A DNA stretch of 64,000 nt from Catajapyx aquilonaris. Lineage: Eukaryota. Under the pieces are notes generated by a model. The model did not search any database. It saw only the letters and a list, made by a program, of their open reading frames with translations, and had not been told where the DNA came from. This document shows, one piece after another, positions 1 to 13,407 of this stretch. Location: contig JYFJ02001128.1 in the NCBI GenBank assembly GCA_000934665.2, positions 1 to 64,000 on the forward strand, in the 5' to 3' direction. Position numbers and translations under genes: made by a program. The stretch's first letter is position 1. Each line of letters begins with the position of its first letter.

Positions 1-37
1 GCAACAGAGTGATGGAATGTATGTTTACGGGCATGGG

Positions 38-912
38 CTAGCTAGTTATGAACAAAAATCCCAAATCCCAGACCAAGGCTAGTTCCCCATTGTGATTCCG
101 GCAGCTTTCAACTGCTTCCCACCAGTTCAGCTCTTGGTTGCTGAAATAGTAGCACCCTGTAGCCAGCTGGATAAACGGAGGATCACACAAATTGTCACCT
201 GCACAAGGAAAGTAGAATCCAATTTATCTGCTAACAATTATTATACCCGCAGGTTATACTCACATGCACTAGTTTGGATTGTGAGCTTCCCGGTTTCCGA
301 GCATCTTTCCATCAATTGGCAGCACGAACCTCTGATTCCTTCATTTCCTTCTTTTTGGATCTCACTGGATTCAAGCTGACTCTGAATCTCCTTCTCGCAT
401 ATGTAAGACTGCTTCCGCTGGCAGTCTGCGTCGTGCCATCCGTTGTATGTACCCTGGTGTGACTTCAAGTACAACAAACAGTGCTCGTGGTCCAAGTTAG
501 GCTCGCCTGGTTCCCATGCCGAGTACAAGAAAGTCTTGCCTGTAGATTCCCAGACCCATCGATTGGCTTTGACCAAGTCTGATGCCCCTAACCAGAAGTG
601 TACTCGGCCCACTGAAGGTGTGGTTGTTATTTTCAATAATGTCTAATAATAATTACTGATTACGACAAATTATGACTTACAGAGGGCAAGTTTCTGGCGC
701 AGCGCAGCATCCTCCTCGGCTGTTTGCACTGTAGCCAACACTGAGTCGTGTGTAAGACACGTGTCAAATGCGTCCCACCAGTTCTTGATGTCCAAGCTGA
801 AGAAATAGCATCCTGTTTCCAGCTGGACAAACGGAGGTGGACACTCGCACCGGACACTCGATATCATAAACACCACAACAACGTACCCTGGAATCTCCCA
901 GAAGCTTTTCAT
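38..912 (-). CDS. Lectin K: secreted dual C-type lectin, second domain apparently truncated
   Basis: Signal peptide MKSFWEIPGYVVVVFMISSVRC; CTLD1 (CPPPF..GCYFFS..WWDA, FWLG, EPN, WHD, YICE). Exons ~912-681, ~611-264 (CTLD1b fused to linker) and 199 onward. Exon 4 matches paralogs up to CRNHN (~89), then diverges and reaches TAG at 38-40. Confidence 0.75.
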
Positions 913-1074
913 CCTTCAGATCACTGACAAGAACTGTTTTGTATTATACTATGCCAAGCAAAATAATAATTCGTTCTTGACCTTTTAACTCGCTTTCTAT
1001 CCTTATCTCCTTCTGTGCTATACTTGTTAGAGGCAAAAATGTACTCCTCGGTGTGGTAAGGTCATAAAAATAGT

Positions 1075-1145
1075 TGCATCGGCCGGGAATCGAACCCGAG
1101 TCACACAGCTGCAAGCAATATTCCATGCCTTATAAGCATGACTGC
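1075..1145 (-). pseudogene. Degenerate tRNA-Gly copy (tRNA pseudogene or SINE head)
   Basis: Minus strand ends CGGGTTCGATTCCCGGCCGATGCA, the T-arm and acceptor of insect tRNA-Gly(GCC), followed by ACTATTTTT. GCA start is 71 nt upstream; the D and anticodon arms are decayed. Confidence 0.7.
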
Positions 1146-1245
1146 ATATAACACATTTTCTAACATGCTAAATAATAAAGCAAGTCCAAAGGCAGGATTT
1201 ACTGTAAGTTATTTTATTAACAACCACTCTGGTTATTCTCTGATT

Positions 1246-2708
1246 TTATTTCAATGTTGGCTTGTTGATATTATTGTCAGCCAGGCAATTACAATTTTTG
1301 ACCGGATTTGTTGAGGAAATGCTTGAAGCAGTGGTATGTATGTGTACTTCAGGACAAGATGGCTTGTGATTTGAAATGCGCTTACATACATATGGAAATT
1401 TTTGATCGCAAGGTGCGTCGTTCCACTTAAAGCGAGATTCAGAGATTAAGAAAGTAGCTCCATCAATCAGTTGGAGGCAATGCTCGTTTCCTCCGTAGTT
1501 GTCTGGTACATGGTATTTAACTCCTGCTTTAGACACTAAAACGTCCCAAGCGGTGTAAACTAAAGGTTTCAGAGTCGATTCCCACAGCCATCGACCTTCG
1601 CGGCCAATGTCGAAGGCTCCCAGCGAGAAGGGCTTCCCTCGGTCCACTGCGGAAAAAGTTATAGTTGAGAAACAACGAACACAGTATTTATCACAGTTAA
1701 TAATTTAAATAGCGTACATTTTCGGACTTGCATTTTTATAGCTTCGTCTTCCTCGAGTGTATCAACAGTGGCCAACACCGAATTGATATTGCGACAGCTC
1801 TCAGCTGCCTCCCACCAATTCAGCTCTTGGCTGCTGAAGAAGTAGCACCCTGTAGCCAGCTGGACAAACGGAGGGCCACATTCATCGTCACCTGCGTAAA
1901 AAAGCATCATCTCATCGCACATATGTGCCACTAATAAGGAATTAATGCCAATGGTAAGCTGTAATTGCAGCCTCGATTATTATCAGAGGAGGCACCGAGT
2001 CAATGTAATAAATTATCACTTACGTTCCCTATTCCTGAAACAGGACTGGATTGGCAGATTTCCTGTTTCCGAAAAGACTTTTGCCAATAAATGATAGCAC
2101 GAATCTCTGCAGTCTTCAGCATCTTTCAGGCTGGCAGTCGATGCATGCTGATTGCAAAATATGAATATTGATAAACATAATAAACCAGCGGATGATATTA
2201 AGGGTGTACCTGATCCATCTCGCAGATGTATGACAGTTTCATGTCGCATCTACCGTCGTGCCACTTGTACTCGGAGTACTTCCAGTACACCAAACACTTT
2301 CCTTCCTCACCTTGATTAGGCTGATCTGATTCCCATCCAGTGTACAAGAATGGATTCCCTGTCATTTCCCAGACCCATCGACCTTCTTTGACGCCATCAG
2401 ACGCTCCCAACCAGAAGGGCCTGTCAACTGAATAATTCAATTATTTCAAAATTACGGATTATATGGCCTGTGCACTTACACTCTGTAACCTGTTTGATGA
2501 GGATTGCGTCCTCTTCAGCTGATTCGACAGCAGCCAAGACCGCATCATGTTGACGGCAAGAATCGGCCGCGTCCCACCAATCCTTGACTTCCGAACTGAA
2601 GTAGTAGCATCCTGTCTCCAGCTGGACAAATGGCGGTGGACACTCGCACCGGACACTAGATATCAGAACAACAACGATGACAGACACAACTTTCCAGATG
2701 CCTTTCAT
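1246..2708 (-). CDS. Lectin J: secreted dual C-type lectin, 5 exons
   Basis: Exons 2708-2480, 2427-2210, 2147-2024 (linker), ~1891-1718, ~1647-1246. GT-AG, frame intact. CTLD1 QPN/WHD; CTLD2 VPD/WND; tail CNCLADNN. Confidence 0.9.
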
Positions 2709-3298
2709 TCTTCAGATCCCTTATACAAGCCTACAAGGACTGATTGGACTATGATGAAACACGACAGCGCAGCAGCGTGGTGTAGACAGATTTCTGTTGA
2801 AATAATTATCTGGTCTTGTGACACAAGGCATCTCTTCACGACCTTTTGACATACGTACTATTTATTTCCTTTCTGTGTCGATGATATTGATAAACTCTGG
2901 GTATTCCCACAACCGATTCTGATTTTTATTAGTTCCAAGTGACGTCATTGTTATAATTAGTAAGCAAGAGGAACAACAATCTGAGGTTACATTCAGTAAC
3001 GCAGTAAGACAGTATCTTGGGGGATGAGGGAGAAATTATCTGGATTGAAGAAAACCAAACTACCTACAATAGCAGTGAATCGGGCTTGACCATACTTCAT
3101 TGAGTTACATTATAGCATTGTTGTTGCGTTGTAATGATGTTGCTATGATTGTGTTGATTTACTGATGATCATGCAACACTTGATAAGCTCATCGGTTCAT
3201 GTCTGAAATACAAATGGTGTGGATTTTATTTACATAAAAAATCTCCATCCTGCATCAATTACAATTTATTACAGTCGTGTATGAATAATTGGCTCATT

Positions 3299-5125
3299 TT
3301 ATTGCAAGGTGACAATGTCTACATTGTTGGCGGCCGGGCAGTTACAACTTATCCCCGGATTGAATGCAGATGTTGAGGCATGAACGTGGACAGTGCAAGC
3401 CGGCTTTGAATCGGCGAGTCTCTTGCAAACGTATCGATTCTTGTGATCACAAGGTGCGTCGTTCCACTTTAAGCGATCTTCAGCGATGAGATGGGCTCCA
3501 CCAACCATCTGGAGGCAATGCTCGTTTCCTCCTGAGTTGTCGGGTTCAGGGTATTTAACTCCTGCTTCCGATACTAAAATCTTCCAAGAGGTGTAAACTA
3601 AAGGTTTCAGAGTCGATTCCCATAGCCATCGACCTTCGTGGCCAAAGTCGAAGGCTCCCAGCCAGTAGGGGTAGGGGCTTCCTTGGTTCACTGCAGAAAA
3701 TATAGAACTTTAGTTGCACATCATCGAAATGGCCTGCGATACTCTTATAATAATTAGCATCAAAATTGCAATTATTAATTATTTAATATGGCGTACACTT
3801 TCGGGCATGCGTTGTTATAGCTTCGTCTTCATCGAGTGTTTCAACCGTGGTCAACACCGAATTAGTATTCCGACAGCTCTCAGCTGCCTCCCACCAATTC
3901 AGCTCTTGATTGCTGAAGAAGTAACAACCTGTAGCCAGCTGGATGAATGGAGGGTCACACTCATCGTCACCTGCACAAAAAGGGATTATCCAGCTACCTT
4001 ATATTCATTCCCAACAATAAATTATATATCAATGACGATTGTTTCACGTGCCATACCAATTACAGCTAGAGTTAGATCGAAGAAGTGAATGGTCTTTGAA
4101 ATCAATGTATTGGATGTGCAGTGAGTTATCGTCTTGCTTCCTCTCTACGGAATTTTTCTGGGTTGAAATAATTAATTATATTCCCTTTACATAGTTTATT
4201 TTGTGACTATTATTTTAGGTGCACTGCACTAGAAAAAAACTGTAGTAATGTTCCACATTACATTAATACATGCTAAAATGGGCGACAAAAATGGTAAAAA
4301 ATTGCAGAATTTCTCTCTGCATGCGACAATTTAATTTAAAAAAAATCAAACATTACATCATGCCAGAATCTCATATAATTCTGGTCACTTACGCTCTCTG
4401 CTGCGTGAACACATCGTATGAACTGGAAGCTGTCCAACAGCCGAGAAGATTATCCCTAAGTGGCCGCAGGAATCTCTGATGCATTCGCCTGCATCCTTCC
4501 ATTTCACACCATGTCGACCCTAAAAGAATATTGTATGTACAGAAGTCCCCTTTAGAAGGGAACCAAGTACGTTAGAAAATGAGATGGAAAATATTATACT
4601 TGTGCTTGCTTCTTCTCGCAGATGTAGGACAGTGCAGCGGTGCACCCACCGTCGGCCCATTTGTAAGTAGGAGGACCCCAGTACACCAAACAGTTTCCAT
4701 TGGCGCCGTTGTGAGGCCATCCCGCACCCCATCCGGTGTACAGGATGTGTTCCTGAGTCGATTCCCACACCCATCGACCTTCTTTTGCCAAGTCGGTTCC
4801 CCCAAACCAGAAGGGCCTATTGACTGAAAGATCATGGGAACTTGATGGCTCAGCTGGATATGGCCCAATAACTGCAATAATTAAACTTACACTCTTGAAC
4901 CTTCTGATTCAGGATAGTGTCCTCCTCAACCGTTTCCACCTCTGCCAAAATCGAATCGTGTTGACGGCAAGAATAAGCTGCGTCCCACCAGTTCGTGAGA
5001 TCTGAGCTGAAGAAGTAGCATCCTGTCTCCAGCTCCACAAACGGAGGTGGGCACTCGCACCGGACGCTGGATATCAGGACAATGACAACGATAATGGACT
5101 CGACTAATTCACAGCTTCTCTTCAT
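3299..5125 (-). CDS. Lectin I: secreted dual C-type lectin, 5 exons
   Basis: Exons ~5125-4890, ~4823-4600, ~4520-4392, ~3971-3797, ~3691-3299. CTLD1 WPH/WAD; CTLD2 EPD/WND. Confidence 0.9.
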
Positions 5126-5298
5126 CCTTCAGATCTCTGACTAGCACTGCTGCAAGCCCAGCGATGGCATAAAATTATGTGATTTGGCACTATCGCGAGA
5201 ACAGTCATGTTGACATCTGCCTTCTAACATGTGACATTCTGATTAATTTATTCGCATTGATATCAGTGGTGGCAGCAGCAGATTTGTAGAATAATAAA

Positions 5299-5416
5299 TG
5301 TGTAGCATATTACGGTGATAATGATAATAATTATCATTATCACCGTAATATGCTACACAGTATAAAGCAAGAAAACCACAAACAATAATTATTATTGCTT
5401 GTGGTTTTCTTGCTTT
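5299..5416. repeat. Two adjacent near-perfect palindromes (30-bp and 26-bp arms, 1-nt centres)
   Basis: 5299-5359 tgtgtagcatattacggtgataatgataat-a-attatcattatcaccgtaatatgctacaca. 5364-5416 aaagcaagaaaaccacaaacaataat-t-attattgcttgtggttttcttgcttt (1 mismatch). Confidence 0.95.
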
Positions 5417-5825
5417 GCCAATTCTACAGTCATGTGTAATAAACTAATATCTTACCAATAACTGCACAAATTCCACACATCTACAACTCTACATTTACTG
5501 CTCTTTGAACGGAAAATAGATTGCTGAAGCACAGCATTAAGTATTGGCTCATAATAATAGTAAAATATTATTTTACGGAACATGTGTACATCTCAAACTT
5601 GTCTGTTAATATTGCTGTCAAATACTATTTATCAATTGGCTCAATTGGCCGTATTTGATTGACTAATAATGAATTTGGTGCTAGATAATCCCTTACGTAA
5701 AAATATCATACTAATCTTGAATAGTTATGCTTGTCTTGGTGTTGTCACGTTGCTATTTTGTGCATGTAAGCAACTTTACGTGCTAATAGTAAATACCTCA
5801 CAACCAGTAGATAATTTTAAAATAT

Positions 5826-6260
5826 CCACTTTCCAGGTTCGGTTCATCCTTCAGATAACCAACAAGGACTGCTTGAACTATATGATGAAACCGAATAACC
5901 GATGAAACCTTGGATGAAACACAAGAGCGTGGGGTAGACAACTTTCTACAGAAAAATATTATCTGCGTTTCATGACATAGGCTATGGCATCTTGTCGCGA
6001 CCTTTTGACTCTAATATTTTATTTCCGTTCTGAAGCAGTGATATCGCTAAAGACCAGGAATTCTTCTGGGCAATCCCGCAGTTTATTACTCTGATATTTG
6101 TTAGGTCAAAATGACATTATTGCTGCCATTGCTAATAAGCAAGAGGATGTAGGCAATAGAGCAGCATGGAGGAATCTTGGGAGATGATTAAGAAATGTTC
6201 TTGATTTGAGAACACCAAACTGTCCTCAATAGCTTTGACTATAGGGTATATGACCATACT
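5826..6260 (-). pseudogene. Orphan lectin promoter plus first codons (relic of a J-like gene)
   Basis: Parallels 2690-3110 upstream of lectin J. ATG at 5847 reads MNRTWKV (J: MKGIWKV), after which homology ends. Confidence 0.7.
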
Positions 6261-6430
6261 CCATTGAGATAATTATTTTCGTTGCGTTTTGCTATTTTTA
6301 TTTTTTTTTTGCTCAGGAATACCCTACTCTTTATCATATCTGAAATAATTGGTGTATATTTTTATAAATAAAGTCAACATCCTGTATCAATTATTTATTA
6401 CTGTACACATGTATGAATAAGTCCTTCATT

Positions 6431-7013
6431 TCATTGCAAGGTGGCAATATCGACATTGTTGGCGGCAGGGGCAGTTACAGCCAGTTTGGTTGTAGAAGTT
6501 GCAGTATGAACGTGGACTTGAGTGCAAGTCGGCTTCTAGTCGGCGAGTCTCTTGCAAACGTATAGATTTTTGTGATCGCAATGTGCGTCGTTCCACTTGA
6601 AGAGAGACTCCGAAGCGAAAATAGGACCAATCATTTGGAGGCAGTGCTCGTTTCCACCTGCGTTGTCTAGAGACGGGTGTTTCGCTCCTGATGGTCTTAC
6701 TAATGCCTCCCAGCAGGTGTAAACCATTGTCTTCTAAGTCGATTCCCATACCCATCGACCTTCGTGACCCCTATTTAAAATATTGTGGACATTTTGAATA
6801 TGAAGTTACCCATAATATCATCAGTATAAATAAATACCTTTTAGAGCATGGGTTCTTAGGGCGATATCCTCCTCCTGTGTTTCACATTGTGGCCAAAACC
6901 GAATTTACATTTCGACAGTTTTCCACCGCTTCCCAGCAGTTCAGCAACTACTTGCTGAAATAATAGCACCCTGTAGCTAGCTGAATAAACGGATCTCGAC
7001 AACCACCATCATC

Positions 7014-7055
<42 letters not shown>

Positions 7056-7631
7056 TAACGTCCACACATGAAGGCTGCGACTTGTGTCATTATGATGTAT
7101 TCCCGATTGCTTAGCTCCAATAACTGTATTATAATGAATTGTCCAAGACATATTCACAATTATTGTGAATATATCTTAAGACACTTAATAATAAATAATT
7201 TACAGTAGCAGACAACATTCTCACTTTCACTTTCTATAAAAACAGCGTATATTAGACTCATCTAGTTTTCCCAGATGGCATCAGTCAACGACTGACCATA
7301 TGAAGACCTGAAGCACTCTTCTGCTTCTTTCCAGCTGGCCTTTGACCCATCTCGACTCTGAAAGTAACATATACAGTAGCTTATATACACTGGAAAAGTA
7401 TTGTCGAGAATGCAGATGTGCTTAATATCGGTTCTTTCTTCTCGCAGATGTATGACCTGTGGAGTGAACATCCACCATCGTGCCACATGTAGCTCTTGGA
7501 GGTAGATTTATAGTACACCGCTAGGCAATTCCGGGTTGCATCTTCATTGGTCTCATTATAGGATCCCACCCAGACCCATCGTCCTATTCTCTTAGCCAGG
7601 TCCGATCCCCCAAATAAAAAGGGCCTGTTGA
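6431..7631 (-). pseudogene. Lectin H pseudogene
   Basis: No exon 1. Exon 2 has an internal deletion after WVW and no GT donor. TAG in the linker (7262) and in exon 4 (6948). Exon 5 lacks its 5' part. Confidence 0.9.
7018..7051. repeat. (GA)n microsatellite
   Basis: About 17 GA units; forms the pyrimidine tract before exon 4 of pseudogene H on the minus strand. Confidence 0.95.
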
Positions 7632-7748
7632 CTAAACGATGATAAATTAGCCTCCAGGCTTTTCCTGTAGTTTAATATAAATCAAACGATCAAATGCTTC
7701 ATTTTATTCAATTTATTTCTTATGCACTGTCTAATTTTAGTGCTTTGT

Positions 7749-9286
7749 CTAGATGCCAACATTGTTCTCGGAAGGGCAGTTGAGGTGTTTTGCTGAATTT
7801 GTTTCAGGGGCTGCATGAACGTGTATTTCAGTGGAAATAGACTTAGAAGAGGCAACTCGCTTGCATATGTAAGGAGTTTTCGTCTCACATGTGTAATCAT
7901 TCCACTTGTTGCCGTATATTCTACCTGCCAGGTTGAAGCAATGCTCATTCCTGTTGGCCCCCCCATTGTCTGGTTGAAAGTGTCTTGTTCCTTCTATTAA
8001 TTCTCCCCAAGCGGTGTAAAGGAAAGGTTTTAGAGTCGATTCCCACACCCATCGACCTTCGTGACCCAGGTCAAAGCCGCCCAGCCAGTAATGTTTTTCC
8101 GGGTTCTCTGTCGAATATAAGAATGACGAATATGTGATGTTATGCAGCATGGAAAGGGAAGTGTCTGCATGAGCACCATGGCTGATGCTTACCTTTTTTC
8201 ACTTGACTTTGTATTGCGACGTCTTCCTCTAGTGATTCTATTGTGGCCAAAACCGAGTCATGATTTCTACAGCTTTCAGCTGCTTCCCACCAGTTCAGAT
8301 CTTGTCTGCTGAAGAAGTAACACCCTGTAGCCAGCTGGACAAACGGAGGGTCACACTCATCATCACCTGCACAAAGATATATAATTCAGGTAGTACACTT
8401 TGGCTGACAAAACAAGTAGAAAAAATAATAATGTACTTCACAACAATAATATTATACTTCACGATTGTTACGCGTGCCATATCAGTGATAGTTAAGCATT
8501 GCATCATTACGAAAATCACTTTAATTATGATCTCTTACTCTTACTGCTGCGTGAACACGTGTGAACTGGAAGCTTTCCAACAGCCGAGAAGACTATGCCC
8601 AAGTGGCCGCAGGAATCTCTGATGCATTCCCCTGCATCCTTCCATTTGACACCATCTCGACCCTAGAAGTTAGTGTAGGTTCAGAAATACCTATAAGTGA
8701 AGCAAGTACATTGAAAGTGAGATGCGGAAAGTATGGAAAGTAAGCCTATACCGGCGCTTGCTTCTTTTCGCAGATGTAAGACTCTGGAACGTGGCACGCA
8801 CCGTCGGCCCATTTGTAAGTAGGAGGACCCCAGTACACCAAACAGTTTCCAGCAAGGTTTCCACTGGCACCACCGGCAGGCCTATTGGTATCCCACCCGG
8901 TGTACAGGATGGGTTCCTGCGTAGATTCCCACACCCATCGATATTCTTTTGCCAAGTCGGATCCTCCAATCCAGAAAGGCCTATTGACTTAAAGAACATG
9001 GAAACGATATGGATCAGCTGGATATGACCCAATAATTGCACTTGCACTTACACTCTTGAACCTTCTGATTCAGGAGAGTGTCCTCCTCAACCGTTTCCAC
9101 CTCTGCCAAAATCGAATCGTGTTTACGGCAAGAATAAGCTGCGTCCCACCAGTTCTTGAGATCTGAGCTGAAGAAGTAGCATCCTGTCTCCAGCTGCACA
9201 AACGGGGGTGGGCACTCGCACTGGACACTGGATATCAGAACGATGACAACGATGATGGACTCGACTAATTCACAGCTTCTCTTCAT
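7749..9286 (-). CDS. Lectin G: secreted dual C-type lectin, 5 exons
   Basis: Exons ~9286-9051, ~8987-8752, ~8663-8545, ~8366-8193, ~8108-7749. CTLD1 RPA/WAD; CTLD2 QPD/WND. Confidence 0.9.
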
Positions 9287-9789
9287 CCTTCAGATCTCTG
9301 ACTAGCACTGCTGCAAGGCCATCGATGGCACGACATTTTTATACGCATGATTTGGCACTATCGCGAGAGCAATCATATCGGCATATGCCTGCATAACATG
9401 TGACATTTTGACTTATTTCTTCGCAATGATACCAGTGGTCCTTATGCAGATTATTTGAAGGATAATAACATTTTCAGCATAGCGCGGAATAAATATAAAA
9501 AAGAATTGTTGTTATAGCTTTGTCAATAATGATATTCACATGATACCAATAAATGCACAGATGCAATGGGTTTAGCGTTATCTGACCTGAGAATAAAGAA
9601 ATGTTGATAGCGGAACAAGAGCCATTTCATATTATTTTGTCAGTGGATTTTTCTGTTCCTAGACTCACATCCCTGCTGCAAGAAGGGCCGTGAGTAGGAA
9701 ACTTTTCATGTACAGTATAAATTCATAATGTGAAACGATAAAATCCTTTACTTTATTCCATTCATTTATCACACACTGTACATTAATAT

Positions 9790-11267
9790 TTAGCGCTTTG
9801 TCTGTATACCGACATTGTTCTCGGAAGGACAATTGAGATGCTTTGCCAAATTTGTTTCAGAGGCTGCAGGAATTTGTAATGCAGTATAAATCGGCTTACA
9901 AGAGGCAACTCGTCTACATATGTAACGAACCTTTTCCTCACACGGTAAGTCATTCCACTTACCACCGTATATAATTCCACTTGCCAGGCTGAAGCAATGC
10001 TCATTCCCATTGGTATTGTCTGGTTGAAGTTCCTCCCAAGCGGTGTAAAGGAAAGGTTTTAGAGTCGATTCCCACACCCATCGACCTTCGTGACCCAGGT
10101 CAAAGCCGCCCAGCCAATAATGTCTCAACGTGTCATCTGTCGAATGTAAGGATATTGAACCTGTCATGTTATGCAACATGGAAAGGGCAGTGTCTGAGTG
10201 AGCAGCATGACTGATGCGTACCTTTTCGCACATAATCTTTTACTGCGACGTCTTCCTCCAGTGATTCTATTGTGGCCAAAACCGAGTCATGATTTCTGCA
10301 GCTCTCAGCTGCCTCCCACCAGTTCACCTCTTGGCTGCTGAAGAAGTAGCATCCTGTAGCCAGCTGGATAAACGGAGGATCACACATCTCGTTACCTGTA
10401 CAAAGTGAGATAATGTATGCCTTTACACATTCTTCTGCCTCTGATTCTTCTTCCGAACAATTACCGTATAGTACTTGCCGATTGTTACATGTGGCATACA
10501 TTACATCATACGAGATCCGCTTTAATTCTGGTCACTTACGCTCACTGCTGCGTGAACACATCTGGACTGGAACCTTTCCAACAGCTGAGATTATCCCAGA
10601 GTAACAGCAGGAATCTCTAATGCATTCGCCTGCATCCTTACATTTGACACCATCTCGACCCTACAGGAGAAGGGTATGTAGTACACAGATATCAAACCTA
10701 ATCACGATTAGCACCAACGGCTTCTGCTTTAACATCTCTATAATTATTATACCTGAGCTTCCTTCTTCTCGCAGATGTAGGACAGTGGAACGGAGCAGGT
10801 ACCGTCGAACAACTTGTAAGTAGGTTCCCAGTACAGCAAACAGTTTCTCGTGGGGTCATTTTGAGGCTCACCCGGAGCCCATCCGGTGTACAAGATGGGT
10901 TCGTGTGTCGATTCCCATACCCATCGACCTTCTTTTGCCAAGTCGGATCCTCCAATCCAGAAGGGCCTATTCACTTAAAGAGCATGGAAACGATATGGAT
11001 CAGCTGGATATGGCCCAATAACTACCTGCACTTACGCTCTTGAACCTTCTGATTCAGGATGATGTCCTCCTCGGCCGTTTCCACATCTGCCAAGACAGAA
11101 TCGTGTTGACGGCAAGAATCAACCGCATCCCACCAATTCCTGAGATCTGAGCTGAAGAAGTAGCATCCTGTCTCCAGCTGCACAAACGGAGGTGGACACT
11201 CGCACCGTGCACTGGATATCAGCACGACGACAATGATGACGGATCCGAAAACTGCCCAACCTCTCAT
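9790..11267 (-). CDS. Lectin F: secreted dual C-type lectin, 5 exons
   Basis: ATG 11267 (MRGWAVFGSVIIVVVLISSARC). Exons end at ~11036, ~10753, ~10540, ~10221 and 9790. CTLD1 EPQ/LFD; CTLD2 QPD/WND. Confidence 0.9.
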
Positions 11268-11606
11268 TTTGCCGATGCAGAACTTAATAATATTATGTGA
11301 TCCTATTTTGCGAGAAGAAGTAGTGTTGACATCTGCCTGCATAACGTGTGGCCTTTTGCCTTGGTTCTTCATAACGATATCAGTGGTGACACAAGCTCCA
11401 CTGACCCTCAACCTGCAGTTCCATATCAAAAAATGCCATCATGGAAGCTGCATGGACGGGGCAGATCACTGTATAGAGTTTATACCAAAATATTTTGCTC
11501 TAAAACTACGCGAATATCATTACGCGTATTTTTACGTACGATAATACACACAATTTTCTTTATTCTCCTCCACTGGCTTGCAAGTTGTACAACCAACCAG
11601 TTATTT

Positions 11607-12973
11607 TTAATTAAGTGCAGTGATGTTGACATTGTTGTCAGCAGGACAGTTGCAGCTTCTCGCCGAATTTCTTGCAGAGACGCCATGGCAAGTAGAAGTC
11701 GCAACTCGCTGGCATATGTACGGAAATTTGATGTCGCATGCAGCATCGTTCCATTTGTAGTCCTGCACTCGATCAGTCATATGGAGGCAATGCTCGTTTC
11801 CACCTGAATTATCCGGCTGTGGATATTTGACTCCTGCTTCCGACACTAATTCTTCCCATGCTGTGTAAAGGAAAGGCTTCAGAGTCGATTCCCACACCCA
11901 CCGACCCTCGTGACCCATGTCGAAACCTCCCAGCCAGAAAGATTTGCCGTGGTTTTCTGTCAAATATAAAGACGCTTGTAATTATCCGACGTTTCTCAGA
12001 AAGTAAATGACACACGTAAACATTGTACCTTTTTTCGCTTGTGTTTTTATAGCCAGATTCTCCTGGAATGATTCGACTGTGGCCAAAACCGAATTGTGAG
12101 TCCGACAGCTCTCGGCTGCTTCCCACCAGTTCAACTCTTGACTGCTGAAATAGTAGCAACCTGTGGCTAGCTGCCTAAACGGAGGATCGCACTCCGCGTA
12201 CCCTGTGCACATAAAGCGTAATGATTAGAGACGGAAATACACTAAATATTACAATAATGCAACTCTTTGCGATCACTCACTGAGGCGTGAACTAATTCCA
12301 TTTCCCCAGCGTGAATCTGATGACAAGTGACCACAAGAAGCTCTGAAGCATTCCTCAGCTTCTTTCCACGACCCTCGACGTTTCTTTTTAAAAAAATCGT
12401 TCACAACTTCGCAGGTAATATATTAGGTGCATAATTATGTGCATTACCTTACCTGTGACTGCTCCTTCTCGCATATGTAGGATCGTAGGTAAGTGCAAGT
12501 ATCGTCGTGCCACTTGTAGGTCTGGACTTTCCAATACACCACACAGTTCTCTGTGGCACCACCAGACGGCTGACCACCAGCAGGCTCCCATCCCGTGTAC
12601 AAGAAAGGTTTATAGGTCGACTGCCAGACCCAGGCACCTTCTTTGACCCCATCCGACCCTCCCAACCAGAAAGGCCTCCCAACTTGAATATTTCATAAGA
12701 GGATCAAACTTTTGCATGTTACCAAACTATTGAGTTTCTCTTACGTGCGGTAACCTGCTTAATGATGGCTGCGTCTTCTTCTGCTGTTTCTACTGCAAGC
12801 AAGCCTGAATCGTGTTGACGGCAAGAATCGACAGCGTCCCACCAATTCTTGGTATCCGAACTGAAGAAGTAGCATCCTGTCTCTAGCTTCATAAAAGGTG
12901 GTGGACATTCGCACTGGGCCTTGGATACTACCAACACAACAATGACTGACCCAAGAACCACCCAGCTTCTCAT
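11607..12973 (-). CDS. Lectin E: secreted dual C-type lectin, 5 exons
   Basis: ATG 12973 (MRSWVVLGSVIVVLVVSKAQC). Linker KRRGSWKEAEECFRASCGHL. CTLD1 QPS/WHD; CTLD2 QPD/WND. Confidence 0.9.
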
Positions 12974-13407
12974 GATTCTGATCCAACAAGAACTGCTGTA
13001 AAAAAACGACCATGACACGACACTAATTTCAACTTGGAGGTCGCAGCATTGATCTGGCATTAGGAATGTAACGTCTGATCTTTTGACTTTTTCCCTTTAA
13101 TACCAGTGACGTCAGTAATCGCAACCAAAGCATACTATCAGCAGTTTAATGACGTAGTGTTATGCAGGATCAGACGGTATGGATAGGATCATTATTTAGA
13201 GTGCTGTTTACTTTTAATGTGATCACTATATGCATTAACACATTTTATTACAACCTTTTATGATATAGTTTTAAATGTTTCTGGCCTCGTTCTTTGGTAT
13301 TGAGATTGTGAGACAAAAAATGGCTTCCTGCCGAGACCATTGGACACAAATTATGGGAAACAGTACACAGAGAGTTAGGCCCAACCGTTTGTCAACACGT
13401 CAACTTG

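Noticed and set aside
10400..10501. Extra exon EEESEAEEC upstream of lectin F exon 4
   Set aside because: Canonical acceptor at ~10397 and linker donor at ~10539 already join in frame; most likely an open-frame intron.
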